From assembly GCA_900088475.1 (NCBI GenBank), contig FLMG01000972.1, positions 9,183 to 73,182 of the forward strand: 64,000 nt of DNA, given 5' to 3'. The position numbers and the translations under genes were made by a program. Of this stretch, positions 1-13,700 are shown in pieces (position 1 is the stretch's first letter; each line of letters begins with the position of its first letter). The DNA is from Hyphochytrium catenoides (taxonomy: Eukaryota > Protista > Hyphochytriomycota). The notes below the pieces were generated by a model, which was given only the letters and a program-made list of their open reading frames with translations, made no database searches and was not told the origin of the DNA.

Positions 1-2336
1 TCCTGCTGTGGTAAGCTTCTCCTCTGATGGCCGAGGAAGACACTTTCCTAAGGTTTTGATTGATTAGGCAAAAGAAGATAGTGGAGATGGTTGGATGTGG
101 TTACAGAAGTAATGGCTCCCATTTAGGGTTGAAAGTATGAATGAGTCACCAGGCCATGGTCCCAACAGCGAAAAAGACGTTAGGCTGGTAGAGTGTGTGC
201 GCGGTGTGGGACAGCTGAAGAAGGAAGGAAAAGGTAACTTGTGTCAAAAAAGCAGCGGATCAATGCAACGACTAAGTGTACGTCAAACAGGAGCAAGGTG
301 GAGCGGTACTCTTACCGAAGAAGTAAGGCACCAGATACTGCGTGCTCGTCACCAGTGCCGTCACAAAAAGAGCCTCTAAGACTTTCACTTTCCAATCTCT
401 CAAGGTACCCATTCTCGCCTTTGTGATCTTAGTGTTAACACTATTGAAAAGCGCACCTAGCAGTCCGCCTCCAATGCCCATCAAGACGAAGATAGAGACT
501 TCCCACGCCACATATTCCTTTCCTATAGAGGAGAAAGAGCCAAAGGAGAATGTTCCTGTCTGACTTCCTAGGTAGCCTAGCGTTTGCGTAGTCTGGGAAT
601 AAGTAAGAAAGATATTGAGGGTGAACGCCGAGACCATTGCGCAGAAGAAAGCCCTCCAGGTAAGAGACTGGTGCCAGAAAGACGCTCCTTCCTCCAGAGA
701 GAACAGCACTCCTCCAACTGGGGATCCGAAGGCAGCTGCTACTCCTGCTGCAGCTCCACAAGCGATGAAGTCTCTCTTCTCTTTGTCGTTACGGAAGGCG
801 CTGAACTTCGAGAAGCTCGTGTCCAGGCCGAAACTAGTAGATTTACCCTGAGATAGACCTGCACCTACCACGGCCCCGCTGCAGAACACCAGGAATAGAC
901 AGCGACCTTGTCAGACAGAGTAAAGCGAAGGGCTACGCTAGATGGCGCGACGGAAGATGGAGCTCCGATAAAGACAATAGACTGGCAGACGCGTCTTTAT
1001 CCGTGCCGGCCACGTGTGTTACTCCTACCTGTGAATCATCGGACCTTCTTTACCAATTGGAAGGCCAGAAGAGACGGACAGGATGATCCCAAACATCTTG
1101 GCGGCTAGGGTCTTGATCCGAACCACCCTAGGGATCTTTATACCTACCATTAGGGGTCAGAGAAAAAAATAAGGAACAGCAAAGGAGGTAAAAAATGAGT
1201 GGGATCCGATAGCAAGTAGTTGCGAAGGCGAATGGATTAAAAGGGAGGGGCGAGAAGAAGATAACGAGCAAACTATCAGCTTAAAAATCGCTAAACGAGG
1301 CGAAAGGATAGAGTCAACGGACCATTAAGTGTGCATTTGATCTCCGGAATGCCTGAGCCTCCAGCAACAGGGCAAACTTTAGCCACAAAGAATGAAGCGA
1401 TCAGGACAAACCCTAAGCAAGTTCCAACGTAGGCGAGGTAAGCTTGGCCCGACCATGACCATCCTCCCTCCTTATGTCCATCCTGAGTCTGCTCTCTTTC
1501 TCTAAGGAGCTCCTGCTGGATTATACCTCCCACAGTCGCAAACTTCCATGCTTGTAATTTGCTGGTGAAAGACTGGATGAAGATCGCGACCATTGCTGTG
1601 GTCATTCCTATAAGAAAGGTCATAATCCAGCGGCCTAACATTATCATCCGCAAGGTGTCTTCCGTCTGCTCCTGCATATGCTGCAGAGNNNNNNNNNNNN
1701 NNGAAGATAGGGAGAAACCAGAAGGATGACTCTCGTGTCTTCGTACCTGCTTTCAAACTCGTCATAGTCATAGCTCTCAATCTGCTTGGTGAGTCGGTAA
1801 ATTGCCTCCTCCTCCTGTCTGATACTGTCAGGAAGAGACGAGACAGAGGCAGTTTCACTGCGGTCACCCGTCGGTGGAGTCTCCGGTAGGCCTTCATCAT
1901 TTATCACTGCAATAACAGCCAATCAGGCACGAAGGAGCAAAGCGACGGGGAAGTGAAGTGAGGCACGCCGTTGAAGAAAAGGATATTTAGAGAGGGAAAA
2001 TGAGAGGATGGTAGATGCCATGGGAGAAGGGACGAGTGGAGAGCCAAATGCTTGAGAGTTGTAGAAGGAGACGGACAGCGGGCACGCCAATAAAGCAGCT
2101 TGCTTGCCTGGGGCCAGGAAAAGAGAGAGCGTGTACGTTCTCTAGAGAGAGGATGACGGTAATAGTGCAACAGATCAGATGCAGGAGACTAAGGGCACAA
2201 GGTAAGAGTTCTTGAGGCACTTGCTCCTACCTGTCACCCTGGCTCGGGTTCTGATAGGATGCGGCAAAAGCCGCGTCATTTCATTGGGAATAGTCTCAGA
2301 GACAGGAGATAGTTCTCCTTCACTATGGTTCCTCAT
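1..2336 (-). CDS. CLC chloride/proton antiporter, CLC-6/7 (plant CLC-d)-like; multi-exon, 3' part lies outside the window
   Basis: Spliced exons contain the CLC signatures GSGIPE (~1340-1360), GKEGPMIH (~1030-1060) and [23 protein letters not shown] (~690-760). ATG at 2336 (MRNHSEG...) splices in phase to the exon starting ~1907. Confidence 0.93.
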
Positions 2337-4117
2337 CTCTTTCCAACGTCACTGTCTTAAAGTGCATAGACCAGCTGCTCTAACAGCACGGGCGAAGCTC
2401 TAAGCCAGTATAGCGCAGCAATCCTTCAAGCTTCTCGCTAGGACGCGCCCACAAGTGATGCAGTCTACAAAGAGATAGAGAGAATGATGCTCGTCTGATA
2501 GTGCGGTTCGTGGTGATCACTGATCAAAGAAGGTCCTGGGTCCTCGTGTGAAGAGGTGGAAAGGAAGTGACAGTGTCTGAACGAAAGGGAGCGACGACAA
2601 GGGAAGGGAGGCTCACTTTAGAAGAACTGAAGTCCAAGAAAGAGTGCAAGCCAAGGAGCAAAAGTGCATCTTTGGCCTTGCCCATAAACGCTGATGGACA
2701 AGGCAGAGAGAAAAGAAGAGGAGGTTTCCCTGCACTGTTGGAGCCGCTTGGACTAGGAAGGACATTGAAGTGGCTTGCAAGTGTAAGGCCAAAGAGGCCT
2801 GGAGGCGATGAGGGCTTGAGGAGAGAGAGAGAGAGAAATAACTTCATCAAATGCTATGACCCAACCAAGACAGAGTAAGGGCTACACATCAGACAGATGT
2901 GGCGAGAGAGGGAACCTACCGAGGATAAATGCTTAGAAAGGAGAGAGACAGAGACCAGACACAGAGAGGGAAATTCGAGACAAGAGAGAGAAAGAAGAGA
3001 GAGAGAGAGAGAGAGAAAAGCCTCAAATGATTGTGGATGGCCGGGCCATCAAAAAGCAAACGAGAGACAGGATCTTGTCCCAAAGATAGACATGATAGCT
3101 GTGAGGAAGAGTGGCTAGTTATGTGAGACAGAGTGAAACAATAGAGGCACAGAGGACGACTGTTTCTAATCAAAGACAAAAGACAGACTGGCAAAGAGAG
3201 AGACACATCATCTCAGAGAGAGAGAAGGCCAACCAAAAAGAGAGGGACATGCCAGAAAAAAATCGAGGTCAGACAGGCTTTTGTGGCCAAAGGAAGACAG
3301 ACAGGACATAAGGAGCTGTCAGAAGGCGGAGTATTATTGGATAGTATAGCAACTAATAGCTCTATTATGAGGCTTGAGCGGTCTAGAATCAGGTACAAAG
3401 GTCAGAGGTCCCCCACGAGGATGGTGATATGGGAACCGAAGACAGCCAAACCCACCAAGAAAGTTCTGCTTGCTTTTGCATAAAATTTGATTTTGAAAAA
3501 CAAACAGCAGATGTTTAAAAATAAATAAACTTCGTATTTACCTCTGCTATGTTCTTTGTTTGTCTTGTGATGATTTTATAAAAAGGCATATATTTAATCC
3601 CACCAATCAGACAAGCTTGTTTTATTCCTCCCATCCACATTTATTCATAAATTACATAAAGATATTATTGAGGTCAATTTTACCGAAGAGACACATTCCG
3701 GCCGTCTGGGAGGAAGAAGGAAAAAGAAGGAATGACATTCTTGACAGGGGGAAGACGACGATAGTGCGATCCTTTCCCTCCTTTCCCTCGTCTCCCGCTG
3801 CAAAAAATATTGGCTGCAGCCTGTTACTGCCGCGCAAGGACAAACAGTGGAGGCGTGGGCGTTCGTCATCCGCCAGATTTCCTGGTCGTCGAGTCCTGCT
3901 CGACCATAAGTATGCATTGGGGTTGAGGCGGCCCCCAGGCCATCATCTTATCCGTCATCCCTTTTCTCCAAAATGATAAGCAACTAGTGTGACTAGGAAG
4001 TGTCCAAAGAGTTGCTGAGGCTGAAGAATGAGCTCTTACGTGCCCGTTGTATGTGGCGTCCTTTCATAACAGAGTTTAAGAGGTGGCAGCTGATATGGTA
4101 AATTGCATGTTGTACCC

Positions 4118-6743
4118 TTAGCGATGGCTGCTGCGTGGCTCTTCCACACTATTATCAACGGAGGAAGAACGCATTGGTGAAGACATTGAGACGTCATAAC
4201 CCTTTGCAAGTCTACTTTACCTGAACCTGTAGATGGTGGGATAGGGAGACTGGTGACCTCGCCTGGTGCCCAAAAAAAAGTCTAAAAGGAGCTAAACGCC
4301 TGCTTAAAACCAACGATAACAGCCACAGACCAGTCCGAGAAGACAGACTTCTTTATGCTTTCAGGTTCTGCTCTTCGTTATGCCCAAACAAGAGCACACT
4401 GGTTTTAGATGTGCCTACAAGCTCTACTAGCTTGTCTCCGCAATATTCTCTTCTTTGTATGCACCAGAAGCTGACGCCCTGCGCCTCTATTAGGTCCCGC
4501 TCTTGCAGTACTCTAGGACGTGAGGAATCCAGCTGCTCACAGACAAAGTCCCCTGATAGCTGAAGGAGAAGAAGAGAATGATCAGGTTAGTACACGAGGA
4601 GTTGATAGTACGTAGTAGGCACTTCCACTACTACCGCACTACTCGGAATCTTTGGCTATCTTTCTTTGATAACCCTGATTTATAAGCTATGCTCTCCCTC
4701 TCACTTGTGTCCTCGATTGTTCTCTTCCTCAACAACTACCGCCGCACTTAATCCCCTTGGAGATGTCCACCTAAGCTGCCACGGCAAACTTAGATCATCC
4801 GTGCTTCTTTCAACTTCTCACGGCCCAAGAGCGTCATACCAAATATTGTGAGAGCCTACTCTCAAACCTCTGTCTGACGGCATAGACATCTTCCTCCTTC
4901 TCGTCTTTGTCCTTTAGATGAAGAAGGAGCATCCTATCCTTTGGAGACATCAGTGCCGCTACATGCTGCATTGTTATCTCTAAGTGTGTGACCGCTCTAA
5001 GCACGATTGCGAAGGTACTGCTCTGTGCAGACTCATCAATGTTCCAGCCCTTGACCACAAGTACGGGAACCTTTGCATGAAGAAGTATATGCTTGGTGGT
5101 GCTTCCTGAAGGGGACCACAGTGATCAGAAATCAGGCAGCGGATAGAGGTGTGGGAAAAAATATCCATGACAGTGAAACGTGAATAATCTTTATAGACGA
5201 CACGGGCGCGGGACCCAGAAGCCCTTGAACAGCAAAGAGCTTAATGGAGGAGCCTTGTAAAAAGCAAATAATGCAGGAACATCAGCATTACCGATGGTTT
5301 TCCCACGGGGTCCTGATGCTCCATAAGAGCCCAAAACGAGTAGACAGTCGGGTTGGCCTTGTCGCTTTGCAATGACATCAAGTATAACCGCTTTCTGTGA
5401 CTGCCCCGGTTCACAAGGCAGATTTTGGAAGGACAGGATGCCCTCCCTAAGCTTTTCAGTCTTTATCCTCTCTAGATAATCTGGGAGGCGCGAATTGCTT
5501 AAGTCCAGGAAACTCACAAAAGTGAATGAGTCGGGTAACGCAGACTGAGATAGGGGGCCACTCGTTCACAGATCTCAAAGAGTGATACGCACAAGTGACA
5601 TGTTGAAATCTACAGCAGTATCTTGAACATGATGACGGAGACAAAGCAGAGTGCCCAAGAGACGTGGTCCTCAATCAGGAGCCGGCTTTCAAGGGCAGAA
5701 AAAAAGAACATGACGTCTCTTAGATGATTGGTGTCCTATTGATAACACGTAAGGCGCACCTTGCTCTATAAACGTTGAGGAGAAAATATCTGATCGTCCA
5801 TCCTGGGTCTCTGGCGTCGCCGTGAAAGCGTGGATTACCCGGATACTTCCATGCCGTCGCAGCTTCAATGCAGTGCTCCAGGCGAGGTGAGAGTGACCTA
5901 GGTGTGAGCTCTAAGAGTTTGAAAATGCCTTCCTATATGCAACGTGCTTGTATAGACATGTGTCTCGTCAGTCAAGTTTTACTTACGGGAGCCATCCGTT
6001 AGCACCAGAAAATTAAAGAGCTGTAAGGGCTTTCGCGTAACCCCTACATGAGGAGCGATCAGATGCGCCTTCTTGGAGGAATGTTCGCCTCGGATCACGC
6101 TATCTGTTGTCTGAGCCTACCAGTAAGAAGTCTTCGATATACAGTGCTTAGCCTCTCGTATAGTGCGAGAAGACATACGGAACCAGTTTCTCTCACAGCT
6201 TCCTCGGTAAGGACTCCACTGTCAAACGAGTGTAAGAACATATCTGCAACTTCATTGTTCAAATAGTGGAGATCTAGCTCGTCTATTTTCCGCAGGCACT
6301 CTTCGTAGTTTTCCTCCAATACTGTCATTGCGGCAGGATATAGTGAACCCAGCGGGACCTATATCATAGTGCAAAGACTAACTCTTAGAGATGAATGAAG
6401 ACCATGGAGAAGGGTGAGGTACCTTGTAGATCCGGCAATGGTTGCCAACGTGCAAAGGAGGCACTTCAGTGAGATTGCCATAGGTCTCTATGAGCGTGCG
6501 CTGTACAAGAGAAGGTTTTTGGATTTCTGCAAGCTTGACAATCTCTAGATTCATTTCGGATTCCCTTGGTGGATGTGAAAGCTTGGTAAGAGTTTTGACT
6601 CCCGAAGGATAAGCCAGCCACTAATGGCGAGAGTTGTTTCACGTTTCGCCTGCTCCCAAGGCGATCACAGCCACCTGCAAATGGGTCCTAATGGGTCCGT
6701 CAGTCCCAGCAAAGCAGCTCTCCATTCGTGTCAGTATCTTCAT
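4118..6743 (-). CDS. Universal stress protein (USP) domain protein with an N-terminal extension, probably two USP-like domains; both ends approximate
   Basis: Spliced exons read FNFLVLTDGS...HSHLAWSTALKLRRHGSIRVIHAF and LLVLGSYGASGPRGKTI|GSTTKHILLHAKVPVLVVK, giving the USP G-2X-G-9X-G(S/T) motif and the PVLVV end. A second degenerate domain follows (..DRMLLLHL..). Confidence 0.72.
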
Positions 6744-7704
6744 TCATCGCCAGTCCTCGTGACTTCTTGGGGCCACGGGCCACGTTATCTCATAAGACAA
6801 CATGTCAAATCCCAGTGAATCGGCACAAGAGCGGCGACAAGAAAGCTAGATCATCGTAAGTCATGATTGAGTCAAGGTTATCAGTCCTGAGGTAGTGCCT
6901 ATACAGCAAGCTACCTTTCGAAGAGGACAGAGTAACGGACTGTCCGTAGATGAAGGTGGAGCTGTATAGGACCTGTACACTTCTGCACAACAACAACACA
7001 TATAGTGTAGTTCTACACTGTGCCTTGTACAAGCACTACGGGTGAGTGTGATGATGAATGAGGAAGTCGGACGGAATAATTTATTTCAAGGGGTCAATAG
7101 AAAGAGTGACGGTGGTGATTACCATCTATCGAATCCACTACTGATAACCACAAACTGGTCCTTCATTCGCGAAACGTCACAGAGGAGTGTGGGAGGGGGG
7201 TGTCTGGAGGGCGGAGCATCGGCATCAGCATCCACGGTGACAGTGAGAAGCAGCAGCGTCTCTGGCAGCCCGCGTCGGCTGCCTCTCGCTCCTCCCTGCC
7301 TTCTCCCTCGCCATCTCTTTCTCCTCTTCTTCGCGCTTCGCGGTCAGTTCTTCTTCTTTATGAGTCTCTGGCTCTAATTTAGTCTCTTTCGGTCGCCTAC
7401 CTGTGTTAATAAGGCCATGCCTCATAATATGGTTGATACTCTCTCTTAATAAGGCATCTGCCCACTCGCTATGAACTCTTCTTGTCCATCTTTTCTGACG
7501 GTGAGGTGGGTGCCGACAAAAAGAAATTGTTTGGGAAGCACTATATTGCACTATGCACTTCCTTGAAGGAGGAGAAAAGCAGAGGAAAGGCACCTCCACG
7601 ACGGTCTGGTCGGGTTCCACCGTATGGGGCTCCCATAATGCTTCTAAGAATGTAGAGTAGGAGAGACGCTAGGGTTGCCGCCCCGAATCCACCACTCTCG
7701 CAAA

Positions 7705-10700
7705 ATGGCCAGCGGACCGACGAAACCCAGTGGTTTGCAGTATCTCCAGTTCCTAAGGGATGAAGCTGCAGCACTTGAGACGCCATCTAGGAGGTCGGGT
7801 GTGGCCAGCATAGGAAGCGGAAGAGGAAGAGGAGCTGGGACTCCTGGATTACCTGGAAAGAAGAAGCATAATAGGAATGTTGATCATCAAATATCTCCAC
7901 CACAGCTCAATGAAAAAAGAGGAGGAGAGAAACTACTGGAGAATGAACAGAACCGTAGTAGCAAAGATTGTCGATCTCCTGCAGCCAAGAAGCCAAGGTA
8001 AGCCAAGGGAGAGTTGGTTCTCCCACTTTACCTCCATCTTCGCAGTGTTGCTCTATCTTCCATTAGCTTGCTGTGGTCATTGCCGCGAGTGGTGCTTAAT
8101 AAACGTTTCTGACCTTATACTTGATGTTACATTCCTTATGTCCTGTCCTTAACGTCTCTTCCACTGAAGGTCAATGCCATCGTCCTCCATGGAGCTCCTA
8201 ACAACAATCAAGACTAAACTAGTGAAGCCGCTGAAAGAGAACAAAGATGTTCAGGATGAAACTCACCTCAATCTTCCCTCTTCCCAACTGCGGTACGTCG
8301 TGTTTCGTGACTGCTCTAATATTGGCCAGTGAAGACCTTATAAGGATGCACTAACTCTCTTATTCCTCGCCCCGAACATACCTCTCTTCCATCCCCCTTA
8401 TGCTCTCTTACCGCTCGTTCCTACTTCTCTTTCCAATCCATTTGTTGCCCCCCTAAATCCTCCGTTATCTCTCACGTACGTGCAGTCGACATGAGGAAAG
8501 AGTGGTCTCTCTACTGGAAGATGTGCATGCCGCGCTTAGGGCTAAAAGGTATTCATCGTCACTACTTGTCACTCCCACACACCTCTTATCATGTGTACCT
8601 CTAATATTCTACGGTTCACTTCTTTCCATCTAAACCCTTCGGCTTTCTGTTCGTCGCATTGGACGGTGGTAGACAAAAGACCGGAAAGCCGGAGGACCTA
8701 TTGGAAGGCGGAAGAACAACAACAGAAAGCCAACAAAGATATAGTCAGGGCAAAGCGCCCAAGCATTCTGGGAACAAAGAGGAGGTACTAGCCCCTGAAA
8801 GGAATGCAGACCTTTCTGCATACCTTCTTCGGAAAATTCTTGTCCACCGTCAACCTTGTCCTTGATTATTGTCACATCTGCAATGTCATGTTGACCTTGG
8901 CGTTCCTTCTTTCGCAGCAGCTGCCGTCAATCCCCTCATCAACCGCGCTGGACGTGGGACTGGTAACTCCCAGGGACGCTGTAGATGAGCTGCCCCAAGA
9001 GCTATTCTCGCTCTTTCCAACGGGAGACCCCCAGCCAGCCGTCGACCTAACGGACTGGGCCTGGAACATTCTAGAGGGGGCTGTGCTAATTAAGGCAGCC
9101 TCTTATCTCAGCCCACACGTTACCTCTATCACCTTGCCGGGGCTATCTGAAGAAGTGCAAATGTCTGGTATGGCACCACTTTGCTTTGCCTTATCTTGGT
9201 TGACCCATGTCCCGTTTCCTTTAGCTTCTCGTCTCCACAATCCTTTCATCTTGTTGCTCTCTTTCTTTCTGCGAAAGTGGATCACAATGAGGTAGTTCTT
9301 GACATCTCCACCCTATTCGTCACATGCGACTGGTCCTTTTGTAGCAGTGAGCGTATCCATCACTCTCTGTCATCGTTGCTTTAACGGCCACCTCCCTTCC
9401 TTACTTTTGGAGTCTCTCGTCTTCTTCTTCTCCAACTCCTCTGTCGGCCCATCCATCTTCTCTGTATCACCTATTATTGAGGTGAGGATGTCCTTTGTTC
9501 GCGCTCCTCACTTCCTGTGCGTTGCTGCCTCACACTGCTGCCAGCTGTTACAAGCTTCCTACTGGCCGCTCCAAACCTGTCACATCTGGATCTCTCCCGT
9601 TGCAGAGTGAGAAATATGGTAAGGGCCATTGTTGTGAGATGTACAGCAGAGAGTTAGGAGGAAGGCCGTGGGACAGATAACATATAGCGAGGAGAACAGA
9701 GAAGCATCGCAAAGGCACTGATCTCGTTGGCGTTTACCATCACTACCTTCTCTCCCTCAGGCTTCGCAAGTCATGCTGTTAACAACCAATCTACCACGAC
9801 TCTCTTCCTTCCGGTTATCTGGCTGTGACTTTGTCAATGAAAGTAAGTCGTCCTCCTTTGCATCCTTCCCAACCTTGAATGGGAAGACACAGCCAATTCG
9901 TATCACTTACATTATGTATGCCAAACTGATTGCACAACCGCAGAGACCTTGCGAAGTATTGTTTCATCTGGTGTCTGTCTCACGGTCTTAGACATATCGG
10001 AGTGCCACAATATCGGCCCGGGGAGTTTAGGAGCATTGGGCTCGAAGCTAACCTCGCTTCGACTCTTGAACGTATCGGGATGCAGTCTTGAAGAAGCAGA
10101 GGTGAGCATATAAAGAGAACCGACTAATGTCGCCCTAAATTCAAAAGATCTCTGGATAACCTCTCTTGTTGTCCTCTGTCTCTTAACCCTTGCGGACCTG
10201 GACATCGCTGCCATAGATCTGTGAGGTCATTGTCGCTAACCGAGGGAGCCTTCAAGACTTTGCAGCGGCACGCTGCGACTGGGTAAAACTACTACCGTCA
10301 CCCTACACGCTCTCTATTCTACATGTTACTTTTTTTACTCCTTTCTCCGCTAACCCTTTCCATCACCGGAGTTTGGCGGCTCCATGCCATCAACCTCTTC
10401 TTTGACTCTGGATCCTCTGACTCCTTCGGTCTTCTCACTATTTGTTCCAGGTCACTGATGATACACTGGCTGCGTTAGGAGAGTGCAAGCGGGTCATCAA
10501 GGCAAACCTCTCCTATTGTACCAAGATAACAGACCAAGGGGTAACAGCTACGCCAGCCGCCACACAGCTTCCTTTTCCTTTTCCGATCCTTTCGCACTTC
10601 CGTCTAAAGATATGAGCTTCAGATCTCTCTTCCGCCCTACCCTCACCCTATCGTCTGAATATTGTCTCCTAGGTTGAGTGCTTGGCCCAAATACCCGTGG

Positions 10701-13700
10701 TATACGGCTCAAGGAGACACCAAGCGTTCTTACATGCCGAGTGCCTTGACTTGACGGGCTGCGATGCACTTTCTGGAGTTTCCCTGAGCTGGTAAGCGTC
10801 GGTTATGCGGGCCCTTGGCGGCTGCGTCTCTGTTTGATGGTGCCATCCTGTCTACGATTTCCCTCTTTCAATTCAATCTTGCCTATCTGTTCCCTCGTCG
10901 CTTCTTTCTGCCGGGCGGAGATTTGCTATGTAATGGATTCATGAGAACTCACGTCGTACTGGCAAGGATCTCTGCCGCAGCACCCGCTCTGATATCTCTT
11001 AGAGTTGGAGGAGGTCTGTTGCTGGACAGTGGAGGGGTGGGCGCACTGTGCAGTCTCCGCGGACTGAAAGAGCTCCTACTCCATCACAGCCAAGGGCTTG
11101 ATGACAGGTAGACCATGAGGAATCACGCAAGTCACGGAGAGAGAGGAGAGAAAGAAAGGGATTTGTAAGGGAGAGAGACGTACGAAGAGCTCGCGACCCC
11201 TCCTCGCTCGGCCGTAGCGGAGGCAGTGGTCAAAGGCAAATTGATAGGCGTGATGGCCTTCGCCCGATCGCTTGTTACTGCTTAAACAGCCAGCCCTTTG
11301 ATGGGCATAGAGTGTTGGCCTCTGATTAATCAGCTCAAAACCCGTGGTCTCACGCGATTCTTCGTTTACTGTCTATTTCTGGCGATGCATTCATTGTGCA
11401 CGGTGCCTCATATCTTCACAGGGCAATCCAAAGACTCTTCTCCGATTCGGACGGAGGCCTTCTTTGCTCGCTCCAGACTTTGGACATCTCCTTCTGCTCT
11501 TTGGTGACAGGACAGAGCCTTTCTTCCTCTTTTGCCTCTTTGCCTTCCTCCTCTCCCTCTTCCATCGTTGAGCTCGTAATGAACGAGATTGGGGAGGTGC
11601 AAGAAGACCAACTGATTATCATATGCAAGGCTCTTCCCGCTGTGGAAAGGGCAGAGCTACAAGGTTCCCACGCCGTTCCACCTCTACTCTCTCTCTCCTC
11701 TCTCTGTCAGAGGTCCATGACTTTCTTTCAGCTTCCGTTGCCCCATCTCCTCTTCCAGCCTTTTTGCCTCCTCTCAAGGGCCGTCTTCATTGTCTCTCTC
11801 TTTTCGGAGATCATTCCCTACTACTGGGCTTATCGCCTCTTTGCTTTTTGTTTAGGGTGTTCGGGGGTCACGACACGGTCACTTACAGTCCTTGCTCGAC
11901 GGTGGCGGCGCACTCTGCGCAGTTTAAGGCTCTCACAATGCCCGCATCTCCACCCCGAGGGGCTGCAGGCCCTACGTCCGCTCTCCGCTCTCTACGACCT
12001 AGACGTCTCAGGGTGCAAAGAGCTCCATGGAAGCTTTCCTCAATCTTTGCCAGATAGTCTCAGGGTCCTGGCATGCAAAGGTGAGTGAGCGGGAGGCAAA
12101 AAGGAAAAGCTGGATAGAAGATGGTCAACCCAAAATATGATCAATAGGTGCCTTCTTTCCTCTTGCGGCCAGTCAATGGACTGTGCTAAGCCATGTAAAC
12201 CCACGACCTTGCTCTTTCTGCGTCTCTCTTCTTACGTCCATTGCGCCGTCCTTTGTCTCTTGTGGTTACCCTCGGCTAACTCCTCTTGGTCCTTCTAGGT
12301 CTAACATGTTTGGGAGACGAGTTTCTCTCTTTCCTTCCTGCTTCCAGTGGTTTAGAGAGGCTCGACCTCAGTGGCTGTCAGACCATAACTTCGAAGTTTC
12401 TGGATGTTCTCTGCTCTTCTCATCCTCTTCTTACTGCCGCAGTCCATCGTACCTCAGGGAAAGAAGAGAGAGATGGAGCAAAAGAAGACGTAGAAGAGAG
12501 CGATAACGATTTTGCAAAAGCGTCCTTTGGTGGTCAGGACCTCATTGAACTCAATCTCTGGGGTTGTTCTGAGGTCTCTGAGTCCTCTCTGAAAAAATGT
12601 GTAGAGGCCATGAGAAGAAGAGAGAGAGAAAGGGCCACGATGCAGACAAAGATTGGGAGACAAGCAGGAAGAGCGGAGCAAGAGGAGAGAGGTGCAAGGT
12701 TTATCGCCTTCTGCAAGATTGAAGACGAGCGTTTCTATGGGATTAGAGCTCATAGACAACTAAGGCTGCAGGAAACGTTCTGGCGGAGCTGCACCAAGCA
12801 GAAGAAAGCAGCCACAATCATAACGGCAGCGGTACTGTCAGAATCCTTTTCCTGTTCTCGCCATAACAACCTAGAGGGTGCATATCGCTTTATATCCCAC
12901 TGCTCTGAGTTCATTACGGCTCTCATCTTAGATATAATTAGGATTTACCTGGATAGCTCCCCGTCCGCAACTGCTTCCTCTCTCCTTCTCTTTCCCGGTT
13001 CCTCAAGTTGACATTACCACCCGATGACTCCTTTCGTCTGCTCAATGCCAGGTACGCAAGTTCCTTGCCACGCAAAGAGAGGCCAGACGAAGGAGACGGG
13101 AGGGCCTCCTACAGCGCAAGGCCTCTACTGCCATCCAGGCCGCGTGGAGAGGCTACAGAGAGAGAAAGAGGATACGGAGGACAAGAACCAACATATCGTT
13201 TGTTTCTTCTCTGATCATCTTCTATCTTAATAGCCGACGGTACCTTGGTAAAAAGCGCAAAGCCCTCGCTTTCTCAAGACACAGTGCTTTGCGGAGTGCT
13301 TTTCGGCAATGGAAGCGGAGAACTGAGCAGCAGCTCGCAGAGAAGGGAGAGAGACTAATGAGAGACTTGGAGGAGAAGGCGGACGCCTTTCGTGTCTCCT
13401 CGCTCCTTTCCAGTCACTTTCGCGCTATCTCCCTTTATGTAAAGGCCAAGGGGATGCGCAAGAAGAAAGCTGTTCTCTTCTGGAAGAAAAGACGAGTGCC
13501 CCATCTTCTGTCAGCGTGGAGAGCTCTGTCCCTTAGCTCTGCTCAACAAAGAGAGAAACAGAGGCACATTCTGCTCCTTGTTGTCCCGTTAGACTGGTGG
13601 AACTCAACCCGTCAAGGAGAGACTTATACAGAGAGAGCTTTTCGACTATATCGCCGAATTCTTTTCAAAAGATGGAAGAGAGATGCGAAGTATGCCAGAG

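Noticed and set aside
3560-3976. 138-aa plus-strand ORF
   Set aside because: TTG start, no recognisable motif, and it spans a compositional boundary.
6744-6850. In-frame TGA just upstream of the USP start, as possible Sec or stop recoding
   Set aside because: Other genes here end in TGA and use TGG for Trp; there is no redox motif or SECIS. A start at 6743 or unresolved splicing is simpler.
6805-7640. Exon-like minus-strand segments upstream of the USP gene
   Set aside because: No consistent start-to-stop model could be built and no domain was recognised.
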